Shown in pieces: positions 37,001 to 48,419 of a DNA stretch of 64,000 nt (its first letter is position 1; each line of letters begins with the position of its first letter). Under the pieces are notes generated by a model. It was given only the letters and a program-made list of their open reading frames with translations, did not search any database and had not been told where the DNA came from. Location: NCBI GenBank assembly GCA_973895155.1, contig OZ316899.1, positions 372,001 through 436,000 on the forward strand, given 5' to 3'. This stretch comes from Marsupella aquatica. Taxonomy: Eukaryota; Plantae; Marchantiophyta. The position numbers and the translations under genes were made by a program.

Positions 37001-40000
37001 CTACATCGTGTTGGCCCCATTGATTTGGTGATTGCTGGTTGGCCATGTCAGGGCCAATCTAGAGCTGGCGTTGGGCATGGACTTCATGATCCACGCTTTG
37101 CATTGTTTTGGGAGATGTTACGGGTGCTACGTCATCTCCAGCTACATCAGACACAGTCTCCAGCATACATTTTGGAGAATGTGCCATTGTTAGGTGATGA
37201 TCGTAGTCGGATTGTTGCCAGTGTTCACCAGGTGAGGTCTTGGATTGGACCTGCTGTGTTATTGGATGTTGCACGTGTGGGTTCTCATGCACATCGTCCA
37301 CGCTTGTGGTGGACTAATTTGATCCCATGTGAGGTGCTGAAGCGTGCATTTGACAACATTCCACGCTCACCAGCCTTAGTGGTGGATGATATTTTGGATC
37401 CAGGGCGTCGTGCACAGGGTGTGACCCAACCTGATAGACCTCCATTGGCAATGGTCAATGCAGTTGGGTGCCCACGTTGTGCATTACCCACTCTTGTAAG
37501 CCACTCTGCTTCATATGCATTCAGAGCAGGTGGCCCTGGACTTGTATGGGACACAGCTCTCCAGCAGTTAGTGGAGCCTACTGCTGATGAGAGAGAGCGT
37601 GCTATGGGATTTTTGACTAGCACCACTGCAGTTGCCTCTGTGTCAGAGGGTTTGCGGCGCCAGGTTCTTGGTCAAGCAATGGATTTGAATTGTTTGACTT
37701 GGATTATCAGCTTGGGAGTAGCTGAACAGTTGCGGATGCGCTCTGCCGGAATTACTGATTATCCCTTGGTGAGCTTGCGGTCCACTGAGACAGTATTGAC
37801 CACAACTGGGGGCGAGCAGACAGTCCATGGACCTATGACAGGATTGGCGGCTGGACAGATTGTTGAGCAGGAAGGGACTGCTCAATCTACTGCTAAATAG
37901 CAATCATCGGCTATCTCTTCTACCCTACAAAGAGATATTAGGGATTTGGTGGAGAGTTGGGAACCACAGCTTGGCCCTAAGTTAACAGGGGAGGAGAGAC
38001 GTTGCATGCATCGATTCCTGAAGAGTTATTGGAATTGTTTTGCATTCAGCATGAAGGATTTGGGGATATTGAAGGGCCCTGGTATTCAGATTGAATTGGC
38101 TAGTGATGCGCCAATCTTTCGTAGACCATACCGTTATAGTGACATGGAGAGAGCTCTGATTCAAAGCAGAACTCAAGATTTGTTGGAGGCTGGATTGGTG
38201 GAGATTTCATACGGGGAGTATGCATCTGCCACAGTGATGCCAGCCAAGAAGGATGTGCATGGCAATTACACAGATAGGCGCATGTGTGGTGATTATAGAC
38301 CTATTAATCGCCAGACAAAATCTGATCGATATGCCATGCCCACACCTGAGGAGATCTTTGATGTTGTGGGGCATGCAAAGGTTTTCAGTTCATTGGATCT
38401 GAGGGCAGGATACCATCAGCTTCCAATTAGGCATGCTGACAGGTCCAAGACAGCATTCTGGGGGATTGATTCTTATGGCAAAGATCGTTTGTATCAATGG
38501 TTATTCTTACCATTTGGGTTGAAGAATGCACCAGCTGAGTTCCAGAGAGTCATGGATCGAATCCTTGCAGGTTTGGATTTTGTCAGATGTTATATTGATG
38601 ATATTTTGGTCTATTCTTCTACTGTGGAAGAACATCAGCAACACTTGCAGACTGTGTTGGAGAGATTGAGAGCACATGGGTTGAAGCTCCATCCTAGCAA
38701 GTGTAAGTTCTTCCAAGACCAGATTGAGTATTTGGGCCACACCATATACCCAGGGGGATTGGGTGTACAGCAGACTAAAGTGGAGGCCATTACACAGATT
38801 CCTTGTCCTACTGATGTGAGTAGAGTTCGTGCATTCTTGGGATTGGCGAGCTACTACAGGAGGTATGTTAAAGGATTTAGCCAGCTTGCTAAACCTTTGA
38901 CCATACTCACTAAGTTGGATCAGGAATGGATTTGGGGTGATGACCAGGAGCATGCCTTTCAGGAGTTGAAGCAAAGGTTGGCATCATCCCCTATTTTGAG
39001 AAGACCCATTTCAGGCAAACCATTTCAGCTACACACTGATTGGAGTGGAGTAGGACTTGGAGCAGTGCTGACTCAAAAGGATGATGAGGGGAATGAGTTT
39101 GTTGTGGCTTATGCCAGTAGATCAAACAATTCAGCAGAGGCTAAGTATAGCTCTTATGAGGGAGAGTGTTTGGCAGCAGTGTGGGCTGTTGCACACTTTC
39201 GTTGCTACTTGTTTGGTAACCCCTTCACCTTGATCACTGATCATCAGCCTCTTAAGTGGTTAATGGAGTCTGACAAGCTTACAGGGAAGCTTGCACGATG
39301 GGCATTGTTGTTACAGGAGTATGATTTCCAGGTGGTGCATAGGCCTGGAAAAGTGAACTTGGATGCAAATGGATTAAGCCGCAATCCATGTACCAGTCAG
39401 CAGGATGAGACTGGAGCCAGATGGCATGATGAGTCAAATAAGGAGATGGTGCCAGGATGGCATGCATCTGCCTTTCTTTGTTGGGTGCCAGCATACAGTG
39501 GATCTGTGGACTCTACCTCATTGGATGGAGTGGATGATGAGTCTTCAGATGTGGATGTTGGTGAAGTAACTTCTGGACAGCAAGATATTCACAATGATGT
39601 GAGAGTGTTGGAATATCTGCGCAATAGTTCTATTGTTGGCAGTGTTGATGCCAAGGAACGTGACAGGGTTCTACAGAGAGCCAAGAGGTTTCGATGGGAG
39701 GGAAACCATCTTTTGAGAGTACTGCATGATGGTAGGATGTTGGTGGTACCAAAACCATCACAACGAGTACATTTGGTGCGACATGCGCACGAGGAGTTGG
39801 GTCACTTTGGTGTGAAGCGCACTTACAGCTTGCTGCAGACACAGTATTGGTGGCGTGGTATGCACACTCATGTCCAGCAGTTGATAGCTAAGTGTGTGGT
39901 ATGTGACAGAGTGAGAGCATCATTTAATGCTCCCACTCCCCAGTTGCACCCGTTACCGATCATGGGTTTGGGATATCGTTGGAGTTTGGATTTTGCTGGT

Positions 40001-41026
40001 CCATTACCTCTTACCCAACGTCATAATCGGTATGTTTTGGTCATGGTGGAGCACTTCTCCAAGTGGATTGAGCTAGTGGCGTTGCCAGATAAAGCCAGTG
40101 GAGGAGTTGCTGCTACATTTTTGGATCGTGTACTCAGTCATTTTGGAGCACCAGCTGAGGTGTTGACTGATCAGGGAACTGAGTTCCGTGGAGAGTTTGA
40201 GAGTTTGTGTGAACAAGCTCTGATTGATCATCGCACTACCTCTCGTGATCATCCTGAGGTAGATGGATTAGCTGAGAGAGTTGTGCAAACTGTGAAGAGA
40301 GGATTGCGTAAGTATGGCTTGCAGGTTGGTCATCTGGGAGATTGGGATCTCCAGCTACCTTGGTTAGCTATGGGCTACCGTTTCAGTCGGCAAGCATCAC
40401 TTGCATCCTTCTCACCCTACTTTTTGCTCTATGGTAGAGAGCCAGATTTGCCAGCAGCTATTCGTCGTCACGTTGCACCAGTTGTGAACTTGGATGATCC
40501 TGATGTTTGGGTCAAGGTGTGTTCAGAGAGAGCACGGGTATTTCAGAGAGTGATGCCCATGGCTTTTGACAACCTTGCCATTGCCCAACATCGTGATACT
40601 TTGAGGTATGCCACTATTCGTGGAGGAGGTTACCGTGCAAGCATTCGACGATTTTATCCTGGTGATTATGTTTATTTGCAGTAGACAGCACCCATGACAC
40701 TTGATGTGACCGCAGGCCGAACAATCTTACGTGTGCGTGAAGTGTTGCCTTCTGGTGTCCTGATGTTGGAGGGACGCAATGGTATGGTTTGGAAGGATCA
40801 TGTGCGCAACTGTGCACCATGTCACCTTCCCAACATTGATGGTACAGTAGATCCAAGCTTGGCACATGTTCGTGCTGGCTTGAAATGTATGTTGTGTGGA
40901 TCTGCTCAGGGAGCAGCTACTATGTTGATTTGTGATAAGTGTTCTAGAGGATGGCACATGTCATGTTTGACACCACCATTGCAGGTGATTCCTAGTGGAT
41001 CATGGTTGTGTCCTCAGTGTCGGTGA
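34088..41026 (+). CDS. gag-PR-DNMT-RT-RH-INT-PHD polyprotein (one frame, ~2310 codons, three in-frame TAGs at 35096, 37898 and 40682)
   Basis: ORFs 34088, 35228, 37946 and 40694 are all in the same frame. Knuckles CWTCGGDHAQRYC and CDHCGAPGHTKDRC; protease VLLDIGA; RT YIDD; RH TDWS...YASR; integrase HEELGH...CVVC, LDFAG, TDQG, LAER, FYPGDYV. The true start codon is unclear. Confidence 0.9.
36767..37710 (+). CDS. C5 cytosine DNA methyltransferase domain (DNMT3-like) within the polyprotein
   Basis: Motif I LDLFGGIST, II YVETD, IV GWPCQ (catalytic PC), VI ILENV, VIII AHRPRLWWTNL, IX ERERAMGF, X RRQVLGQAMD, in canonical order with no stops. Confidence 0.93.
40886..41023 (+). CDS. PHD finger at the integrase C-terminus
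   Basis: C4HC3 pattern CMLC...ICDKC...WHMSC...WLCPQC. Confidence 0.92.
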
Positions 41027-41199
41027 AGCCGACTAGTTATCATTTGTGTTCTCTTGGCAGATATGGATTGCAGGTAGGTGATCGATGGGGCTCACTTGCA
41101 CCCGGCCTCCTGATCTTCACACCTAAAAAGGTGTATATCAACCTTGTAGAACTCATGGCTAGCTAGAGTTAGGGGACCTTACTCCCAGCTAGGGGGGTG

Positions 41200-41337
41200 A
41201 TTGTGGGTTTTGGACATGTGTGGACATGAGTTCCACTTGTATTCCATTCTCTTGTATTTGTGATGTGGCAGTGTGACTATGTCTGGATGTATGTGACAAG
41301 CGATGTATGTTGTGTAGCGATATGTATGCGCACGACA
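41200..41337 (+). repeat. Split direct repeat B1 (matches B2 at 41677-41814)
   Basis: 138 bp, apparently identical to 41677-41814; directly preceded by AGGGGGG-TG (PPT-like, 41191-41199). Confidence 0.95.
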
Positions 41338-41339
41338 GC

Positions 41340-41814
41340 TGTCACACCATTCTGAGTAGTGTAGTAGTATATCGTGCTATTAGAGTATGTACGTTTGGTA
41401 TGAGTGCTATTGGAGCCGATAAGGTTCTGTCAGGTTTGTGTGAGAGGGTACTTCTCACTTGTGAGGCATTGAAAGGTCATCTTTCAATGTTGAGCCTTGG
41501 AGAGAGAGGAGCTTGAGTGTGGCTATGGTGGCTGTGAGCTCCGCTTGTGTAACGTGGATTCCTTGAGTAGTGCAAGGTGCGTTGGCTTGACATACGTGTG
41601 TGATCGGATCGGTGCGGGATCGATGGGGTATTGTTGACCGAGATCGATGGGGTATTGTGCCGATTGGATGGAGATTATTGTGGGTTTTGGACATGTGTGG
41701 ACATGAGTTCCACTTGTATTCCATTCTCTTGTATTTGTGATGTGGCAGTGTGACTATGTCTGGATGTATGTGACAAGCGATGTATGTTGTGTAGCGATAT
41801 GTATGCGCACGACA
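41340..41814 (+). repeat. Terminal repeat A2+B2 (475 bp, TGTC...GACA)
   Basis: Separated from B1 by the dinucleotide GC (junction CACGACA-GC-TGTCAC). Confidence 0.95.
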
Positions 41815-43811
41815 GGGTCTTACTCAGAATTTGTCTCTTATCTATTACTCAACATTTCACTTTGGCAAGGATTTTTTTAACAATTTATAATCTCAATCAC
41901 CACATGCCATACTATTCTGATATTTCCTTTTACAGGTTCCAACCAAATCCAAATGAATTCTCCATTGTCAAATGTTAATATTTCCAGCCATCTCTTTTTC
42001 AGTATCAATTTCTTAGTTTTGATTCTACTGACATACAACAAATATAAGCTATGCAATCGAATGCTTCATGAAGTCCTGCCAACAGGCCTTGATTGCATCT
42101 TTCATTCCATGAACACATCAATTTCTTTACATGGTTTTTCTTCCATGGGCTTCCATCTACCTCCAGATCTAGCAATCCGACACTACCTCCTCCTGGGCTG
42201 CCTCTCGAGCTTCCTGATCCTGAAAGTTTCCACAACAAAAGACCCTTTCCACTCCTACTTTGCTACCCTATATTTCTTCTACAGGCAGGTTTGTCCAACT
42301 TCCTCTAACAATTAGCAGTTGTAACTGTCAAACTGCTTATTCAGTTTTTCTAACCGCTTTATTCCACTAAAGGCACATGTTAATCATTACTTGTCACAGT
42401 AACTCTTAACTGTTACTTGCTACTGGATCCTGCATCTCTTAACTGGTTGTCTTTTAGTTAATCGTTCTTCGGAACGATCAGTCGAAGTTTTGTCCTCGGG
42501 TTCGGTGGCTCCAATGTTAAGCGCTTGAATGGCGACCTCCACCGGTTCTACTTGGGTTTCACTGACTCTTGCCCCTGATCGCCGGTATGTGGGGTGGGTC
42601 CTCATTCTCTGGAATCCTAATATCTGTTGAGTTTTCTTGTGGCGGTTCTCTGCAATTCTCACTACCCAACACTCATTCATTACACGGTGACAGTCTCTCT
42701 CTTGTGTACCAAATTGCTTGTGAAATTCATGGCCAGGCACTCCAAACAATTGACATCCAGCTTCTTCCCACACTTGATACACAACTGTATTGATTTGCAG
42801 AAAGAAATTGTACATGTGTTGGCCTGATCCAACCGTTCTACAAAAATGATTGGTTCGCTTCCGCATCGACAACCCTGCATCCTGGTGTTCTCTGTTCACT
42901 CTAGCTCTGCAAGCACTTGGACCTAAAGCGCACATTTTCCCATCTTCCAAGGGAATATCACATCCTTCATAAACTAACTCGCTACCATGCATGCCCCAAA
43001 TTGCTTCAATGGTTACTCCAATCAGGCAGAGGACTCCAGGTTGCTCCATCTCTGTAAAGTTGCCACTATACCACAAAAACTGAACCTCAACTAGAAAAAT
43101 GAAGTTCGTCTAGAGGTTTTTAGGGTTAACCTAGTGAAGGCCCTAAAGTCCTTACTTCTACTTAACTATAACTCAATGATTAGCTTAATTGCTACTAATC
43201 CTGACTTGCTAAAATTTAACATTTCAAAGACTTGCCACCCCCGGACCAGCTTTGGTCCCTAAACTTCTGGCCCCCAACCTGGACCCTATCTCGCATACTG
43301 GGCGCGCCACCAACTGGCAATGCCCATAACTTTCTCGTTAGGCGTCCGCAAGTGGAGTGCCTTAGCCTGTTGTGATTGGGCCGACCCAGTGCTCATGCCT
43401 AGGCCCTCAGGTCTCATTTCCGCTCAGGGTCCCCAATCGGCCAAACCCGGATCGGGCCATAACTCACGCCCCAAGCGTCCGTTGCCCATGGCGTCAACTC
43501 CATTGGCCATGGGCCCAAGAGGAGCTCACACTCAAGCCCTCAGAACTCAAAGTCCGTCCAAGGGTCCGGATGGTCAACCTTGAGCCCGACCCCTTTTCCC
43601 CTTGACCCGACCACCTCTCAGCTAGCCTAAGTCCTTAGTGTGTGTCACCAGCTTGGCGCTTTGCCTTTGCCAGTGCCACGTCTCATTGCCCACAAGTATC
43701 CCCATGCTAAGTCCTCCCCGGATTGCCTATCAGGGCCTGGACTATAAAGGAGCTTGGCGTAGGAGTCAGTGACGCCGGAGCTAAGTGTTAAGGTAGTTGA
43801 GTTCCACGACT

Positions 43812-44330
43812 CATCTTTTGCAAGATGTACAAATTATTCTGGTATAGTGTCTTAATCAAAGATGTATCACCTTTGACAACAAAGAGCACACCATGCATCA
43901 CGTGCAGTGAAAATGCTTCCAAAGCACCAAAGGAAATCAAATTCTTAGAGATGTTTTGTATGTGCCTGATTTTTGTCAGTGCTCGCATAACATTATCAAA
44001 CATCCAGAATTTGATAGTGCCCATGCCAACAATTGCACATCAAACACCATTGCCAATTTCCACCATACCGGTACAAGGTTGGTAAGTGGAGAAATACAAT
44101 TGCGTTGGACACACGTGATAAGAGGAATCCAAATCTAACATAGTATACATAGAATTCATAGCACCAATACATAGCACTTGAGCAACATCCTCATGATCAG
44201 CAATCACAATATCAGCTGAAGACGAGGACGCACCATTAGAAGCAAGACGCCTCTACTTTAATAGAGAAGGATAATTCCACTTGATGTGGTCCTTCTCATG
44301 GCAATGCCAACACTAAACGTTCTTACTACG
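43812..44330 (-). pseudogene. Ty1/copia remnant (gag knuckle and protease; continues at 30780-30862)
   Basis: CWHCHEKDHIKWNY, then GMGTIKFWMFDNVMRALTKIRHI...KNLISFGAL...NNLYILQ, typical of the region after the copia protease. Confidence 0.7.
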
Positions 44331-44333
44331 GGA

Positions 44334-45690
44334 CTCTTGAAGGATGCATAGCTCATGAGAAACTACATGTGAAGAATGAGGAAGAGAATGCTCTCCCTCC
44401 AACCTATACCCCTCAAGGGGGCAGAGATGATTGGGCCTAAACCAAGCGTAGCTTATCCTAATGTAATCCAGGGTTAACTAACCCAAGTAAGGCCAAACTA
44501 GAAATCAGGAACTCAAGTCAATTCCTAACATTGGCCTTGCACCCTCGCAAAAAAAAAAACTCCTGAGAGAAGGGGGTCTATTGTAACTTCCCCTTCTTAA
44601 TGCTCCCTTATTAAAAGCTCCCACAACAAGGGTGCATTAAAGCCCCCCACCTCACCAGCTTTTAGTCACACCTGCTAGGGCCTCGTGCCCTGCAATAAAG
44701 TACACCCCTGACAAGGGAGTTTGCTGCTCCCACTCCCTACTCCCCCTCCCTACGCCCCCTTCCTACTTAATGCAATATCTTTGGGTAAACTGTATCTCTC
44801 CCATGCGCTGCTTGTACGGCCTTGCACCGGCATACAAAAGTACTCACCCTCCCCTTTGCGCCTAGCTCCTCGTTCCAGTTTCCTTTGGTACAAATACCCG
44901 TCCGCGCGGCCGCAAAGAGTTGCGTGCAACAACCTCGAGGAGTGTACAAAGAGGGGAAATGACACCTTTCCTAAGGAAAAAAACCTTGTTGTTTCCCACA
45001 AGAACCCACAACCCCTCCAACCCATAGGTGATAAACTAACCACTAAGAGCCATACTTGAAATTTTCAAACTCAAAACAACAATACATAAGATAATATTGC
45101 TCCGCACTCGCCAAATGAAATATTATGAAATTTCCACCAAAACAAAGTGCCTACTAATACACACAGTAAATTGTTCTCTCAACAGTACCTTCAATGACAC
45201 CTCCAACACTTCGATTGAAGTTTCAATTGGGAATCCATCACCTCATTCAAACAAGAAACGATCAATGCAAAATGACCAGTAAAACAATCATGCATCCGTC
45301 AACGACGACTAAATCTTTCACCCCAATTCAACACAATGAACGATCCCACCATTTTGCCTAGGCACCTAAACCTTGAACACAAAAATCTGATACACACTTG
45401 TAAGAAACTATTGGCTCCAGACTAGACAACAACTACGGCACATGAGAATACTCAATCTCACACTACACCAACAAGACACCACAATGGAGAAACTCCTGAA
45501 GTATCCATAGCTCATGAGAAAGTACATGTGAAGAATGAGGGAGAGAATGCTCTCCCACTAACCTATACCCCTAGGGGGGCCGAGATGTGTGGGCCTAAAC
45601 TAAGCTGATCTTATCCTAATGTAATTCAGGGTTAACTAAGCCTAGTAAGGCCAAACTAACTAAGTCAGGAACTCGAGTCAATTCCTAACA
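44334..45690 (-). repeat. Pair of ~195-bp copia LTR-like direct repeats (44334-44530 and 45494-45690)
   Basis: Both end ...GTCAATTCCTAACA; the right copy is followed by ATCTCCACCTT (PPT AAGGTGGAGAT on the minus strand). Confidence 0.7.
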
Positions 45691-46267
45691 ATCTCCACCT
45701 TGACTCCAATGTCATAACGGTGATGATGATTGTCAAGTAGTGATGGGAGGTTCTCCATTGGGTTGACACATCATTGTTGGGTTGGCCTGCGTAGTTTGTT
45801 GGTGTTGTTCTTGTGTCTCTCCTGGGCAATTTCACCATGGCCTACTGGTTTGCTTTTCATGATAGGTTTTGCCTTTGCATTGTGACTGTGCTCCTTCCCT
45901 TGCATGCAAGAATGATGCCCTAGGAGGGGTTTTTGGGCAAGGTGCTTTTTTATTGTAGTGCCTTGGCCGCTGAGACCCATGGTTGGTCGACTCAAGTGTT
46001 CCCCTTTGGGCCGTTTCGTTGTGTGTTGGTTTCTGATACTAGCCCAATTACCTATTCCTTGAAAATAGATATGAAAAAAAACAAATCTTGCACAAGAACA
46101 TTCTATGCTATTTGATCTTTGCCCATCCCTGTTTTTTTTTCAAAGTCAAAATTTTCAATTTTACGTTTATTCTGCGTGATGGGGGGAACCAGCGCGGCCA
46201 AACGGCATCAGAAACCCATCCCTGTTTTTTGTCCACTCTCAATTCAATTGTGCCTTTATTTATAGTC

Positions 46268-46625
46268 AATGTTACTTTTGTCCATCCTCATTTTAAGATT
46301 TGTTCTTATTGAGACTCATTATCACTTTTGTATATATTGGGAGTTGCTTTGGGAATTCCGGTCTAAAGACTTCACTTATACCTAGGCCCTTTAATGTCGC
46401 TTCTGTGGATACTCATTTTAAGATTTGTTCTTATTGAGACTCATTATCAGTTTGTCTCTATTGGGATTGTCTCTATTGGGAGTTCCAGTCTGAGACTTCA
46501 GTCTATACCTAGGCCCCTCAATGTCACTTTTGTCCATCCTCCTTATCAGTTTTGTCTCTATTGGGAGTTAGAGTCTAGAGTCTATACCTAGGCCCTTAAG
46601 AGTAGTCTATACCTAGGCCCTTAAG
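46268..46625. repeat. Degenerate tandem repeat (~120-125 bp unit) with TATACCTAGGCCC x4
   Basis: CTCATTTTAAGATTTGTTCTTATTGAGACTCATTATCA x2; TATACCTAGGCCC at ~46378, 46504, 46584 and 46608. Confidence 0.75.
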
Positions 46626-48419
46626 TAGTTTGTAGTTCACGCTTTTATAGTAACTTGGGTCTGTTGTGGTGTCCTTGTTGAGGCGAGGCAGCTGCCTCCC
46701 GGCCTCCTCAGGGAGCTGTCCCTTTTTGTGTTGTATGATGTGGCACTGCTTGCTTCCCCTCATCCCCAGAATTTTCATGGAATTGATAAAATCGTAGAAA
46801 AAATTCCAAGGAAACCTGTACATTTTTAGATTCAAGAGTTGCTTTGGTGGAGTTGATGACCATTTGGAACGTGATAGGCCACAACAATGTAGAATTAGTC
46901 TTTCTTGGACTGTTTTGGTACATTGAAAGCTTTCATATAATATCTCCATTGTTACTTCGTGGCCTCGTGGCCATACTCTCTACGTATACTTTGAGACAAG
47001 GTCGCTCCATACTCTCTATGTATATGGTCAGACAAGGTCTAGCAGTCGTCACTCATCCTCAATAAGAATTGTAGAATCTCAAAGAAATGCAAAGATGGCT
47101 TCTTGGGTTACCTCTCGTGCACACATTTCTGCAAGCATTGCGAAGAAGTGAACTGCCTCCTGACTATGTAATGTAACTCATAGACATATTTACAAGGATA
47201 TATTAGTACAAACTCATTGATGAATGTCACACCAGGGAACCAAAAATAACTCAAGGTAACAAATCCAGATGGAGAGTCTGAGGAAAATCCTTTGAACCCT
47301 ACTAGACTGCACTGTAATATCTTTTGAAAGCATAATAGCTACCCCAGAAAGGAAATGCCTTTGTGTCCCTGACCTGGGTTGAAGAACGAAAAGACTGCAT
47401 AATGGTATGCAAGGGAGTCCCCTCCCACAATCCTGGAACTCCACTAGAGATTCTAGGGTTCCTGGCAGTCGATTCTTGGACAATACATCATGATTGGCGA
47501 CAAAATGCGAGTCCAGAGTTCCTAGCAGTAGACTCTTAAGACTGTCATGATTAGTCACAGAGAATATGTTCTTCTTGATTGGTAGGGACTTCGACCTTCC
47601 TCCAGAACCTTCGAAATCTAAAAGTGGAGGATGACATGAGTTAGAAGGGTGATATCGTGGACACCACCTTGTGTGTCATGGTGACATTTGGATTCTAGAA
47701 AAGATGGAAATCCCAACTGATATCTGATTATTCTCAGCCTCTTTGAGTTATTTCAAGCTATCACACGGTGACCAGAAATAACAGCGTCGAAAACCAAAGA
47801 CTAGCACTAAAATGAATCTCCGCATTAAACCCAAGCACGATGTGAACACAATTCGATAAGGTTGCTCACTCATAACTACACAGGAAGCAAGGCTCTGATC
47901 ACTGCGTATGCCGTCTGTGCAGCAACAAGTAAACAAACATTACTCCGTGATTTCTCACTTACGAACTAAACTGAGTAGTCTCAAACCCTTCCAAGAGTTT
48001 TGATCTGTAATGCCTGCCAAAGCGGAAAACATTCCTAGGCTCCGTTGTTCCGACCTACAATATGACAGCCGAATTACCGAAAAACGGGCAAGACTTGCCT
48101 CGACATCCCAATCACAAGAAGAGTTAGAACACACCTCAGCATGGGCCTGATAATCACGCCAATCACTCTGTCCTCAACAGATGAGCTTATTAGTAAACCC
48201 ATTTTTTGGCTACTGATCCGTCTTAAATTGGAAACTTTGAGGCCAATATTGAGTTGTGACATCCCAATGTTTGAGGACCACTTCTCAGGGTCGGCCATTA
48301 CTAGCAGCAAGCTTTTCCATAGGGCTCCCAGATGTCCAAGTGGCTGCAACAGGTGCACAATATCATAATCCTTGTAACTTTACAGCGAAGGTAAACAACA
48401 CTGTTTAAACTGCGAGACA

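Larger units (their letters stand above)
32242..41814 (+). mobile_element. Ty3/gypsy retrotransposon encoding a DNMT3-like DNA methyltransferase and a PHD finger, with split direct repeats (9573 bp)
   Basis: Termini TGTCAC...ACGACA; 4-bp TSD GGGT (32238-32241 and 41815-41818); single-frame polyprotein 34088-41026. Confidence 0.95.
31768..43226. mobile_element. Element X (~1.9 kb of its own sequence: 31768-32241 + 41815-43226), host of the DNMT-gypsy
   Basis: Starts TGTTAAC at 31768 and ends ...TTAACATTTCA; flanks GAGAC/AAGAC (1 mismatch). Carries orphan ORF 42420-43076 (-). The exact right end (43221 or 43226) is uncertain. Confidence 0.6.
30863..43811 (+). mobile_element. AGT...ACT repeat element, copy C+D (30863-31767 + 43232-43811), split by an 11.5 kb nested insertion
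   Basis: The two halves sum to ~1485 bp and are collinear with copy A; TSD CATCT at 30858-30862 and 43812-43816. Confidence 0.9.

Noticed and set aside
46268-46625. CRISPR-like array (recurring TATACCTAGGCCC)
   Set aside because: Spacers are related to each other and irregular, and the context is eukaryotic; it is a degenerate tandem repeat.
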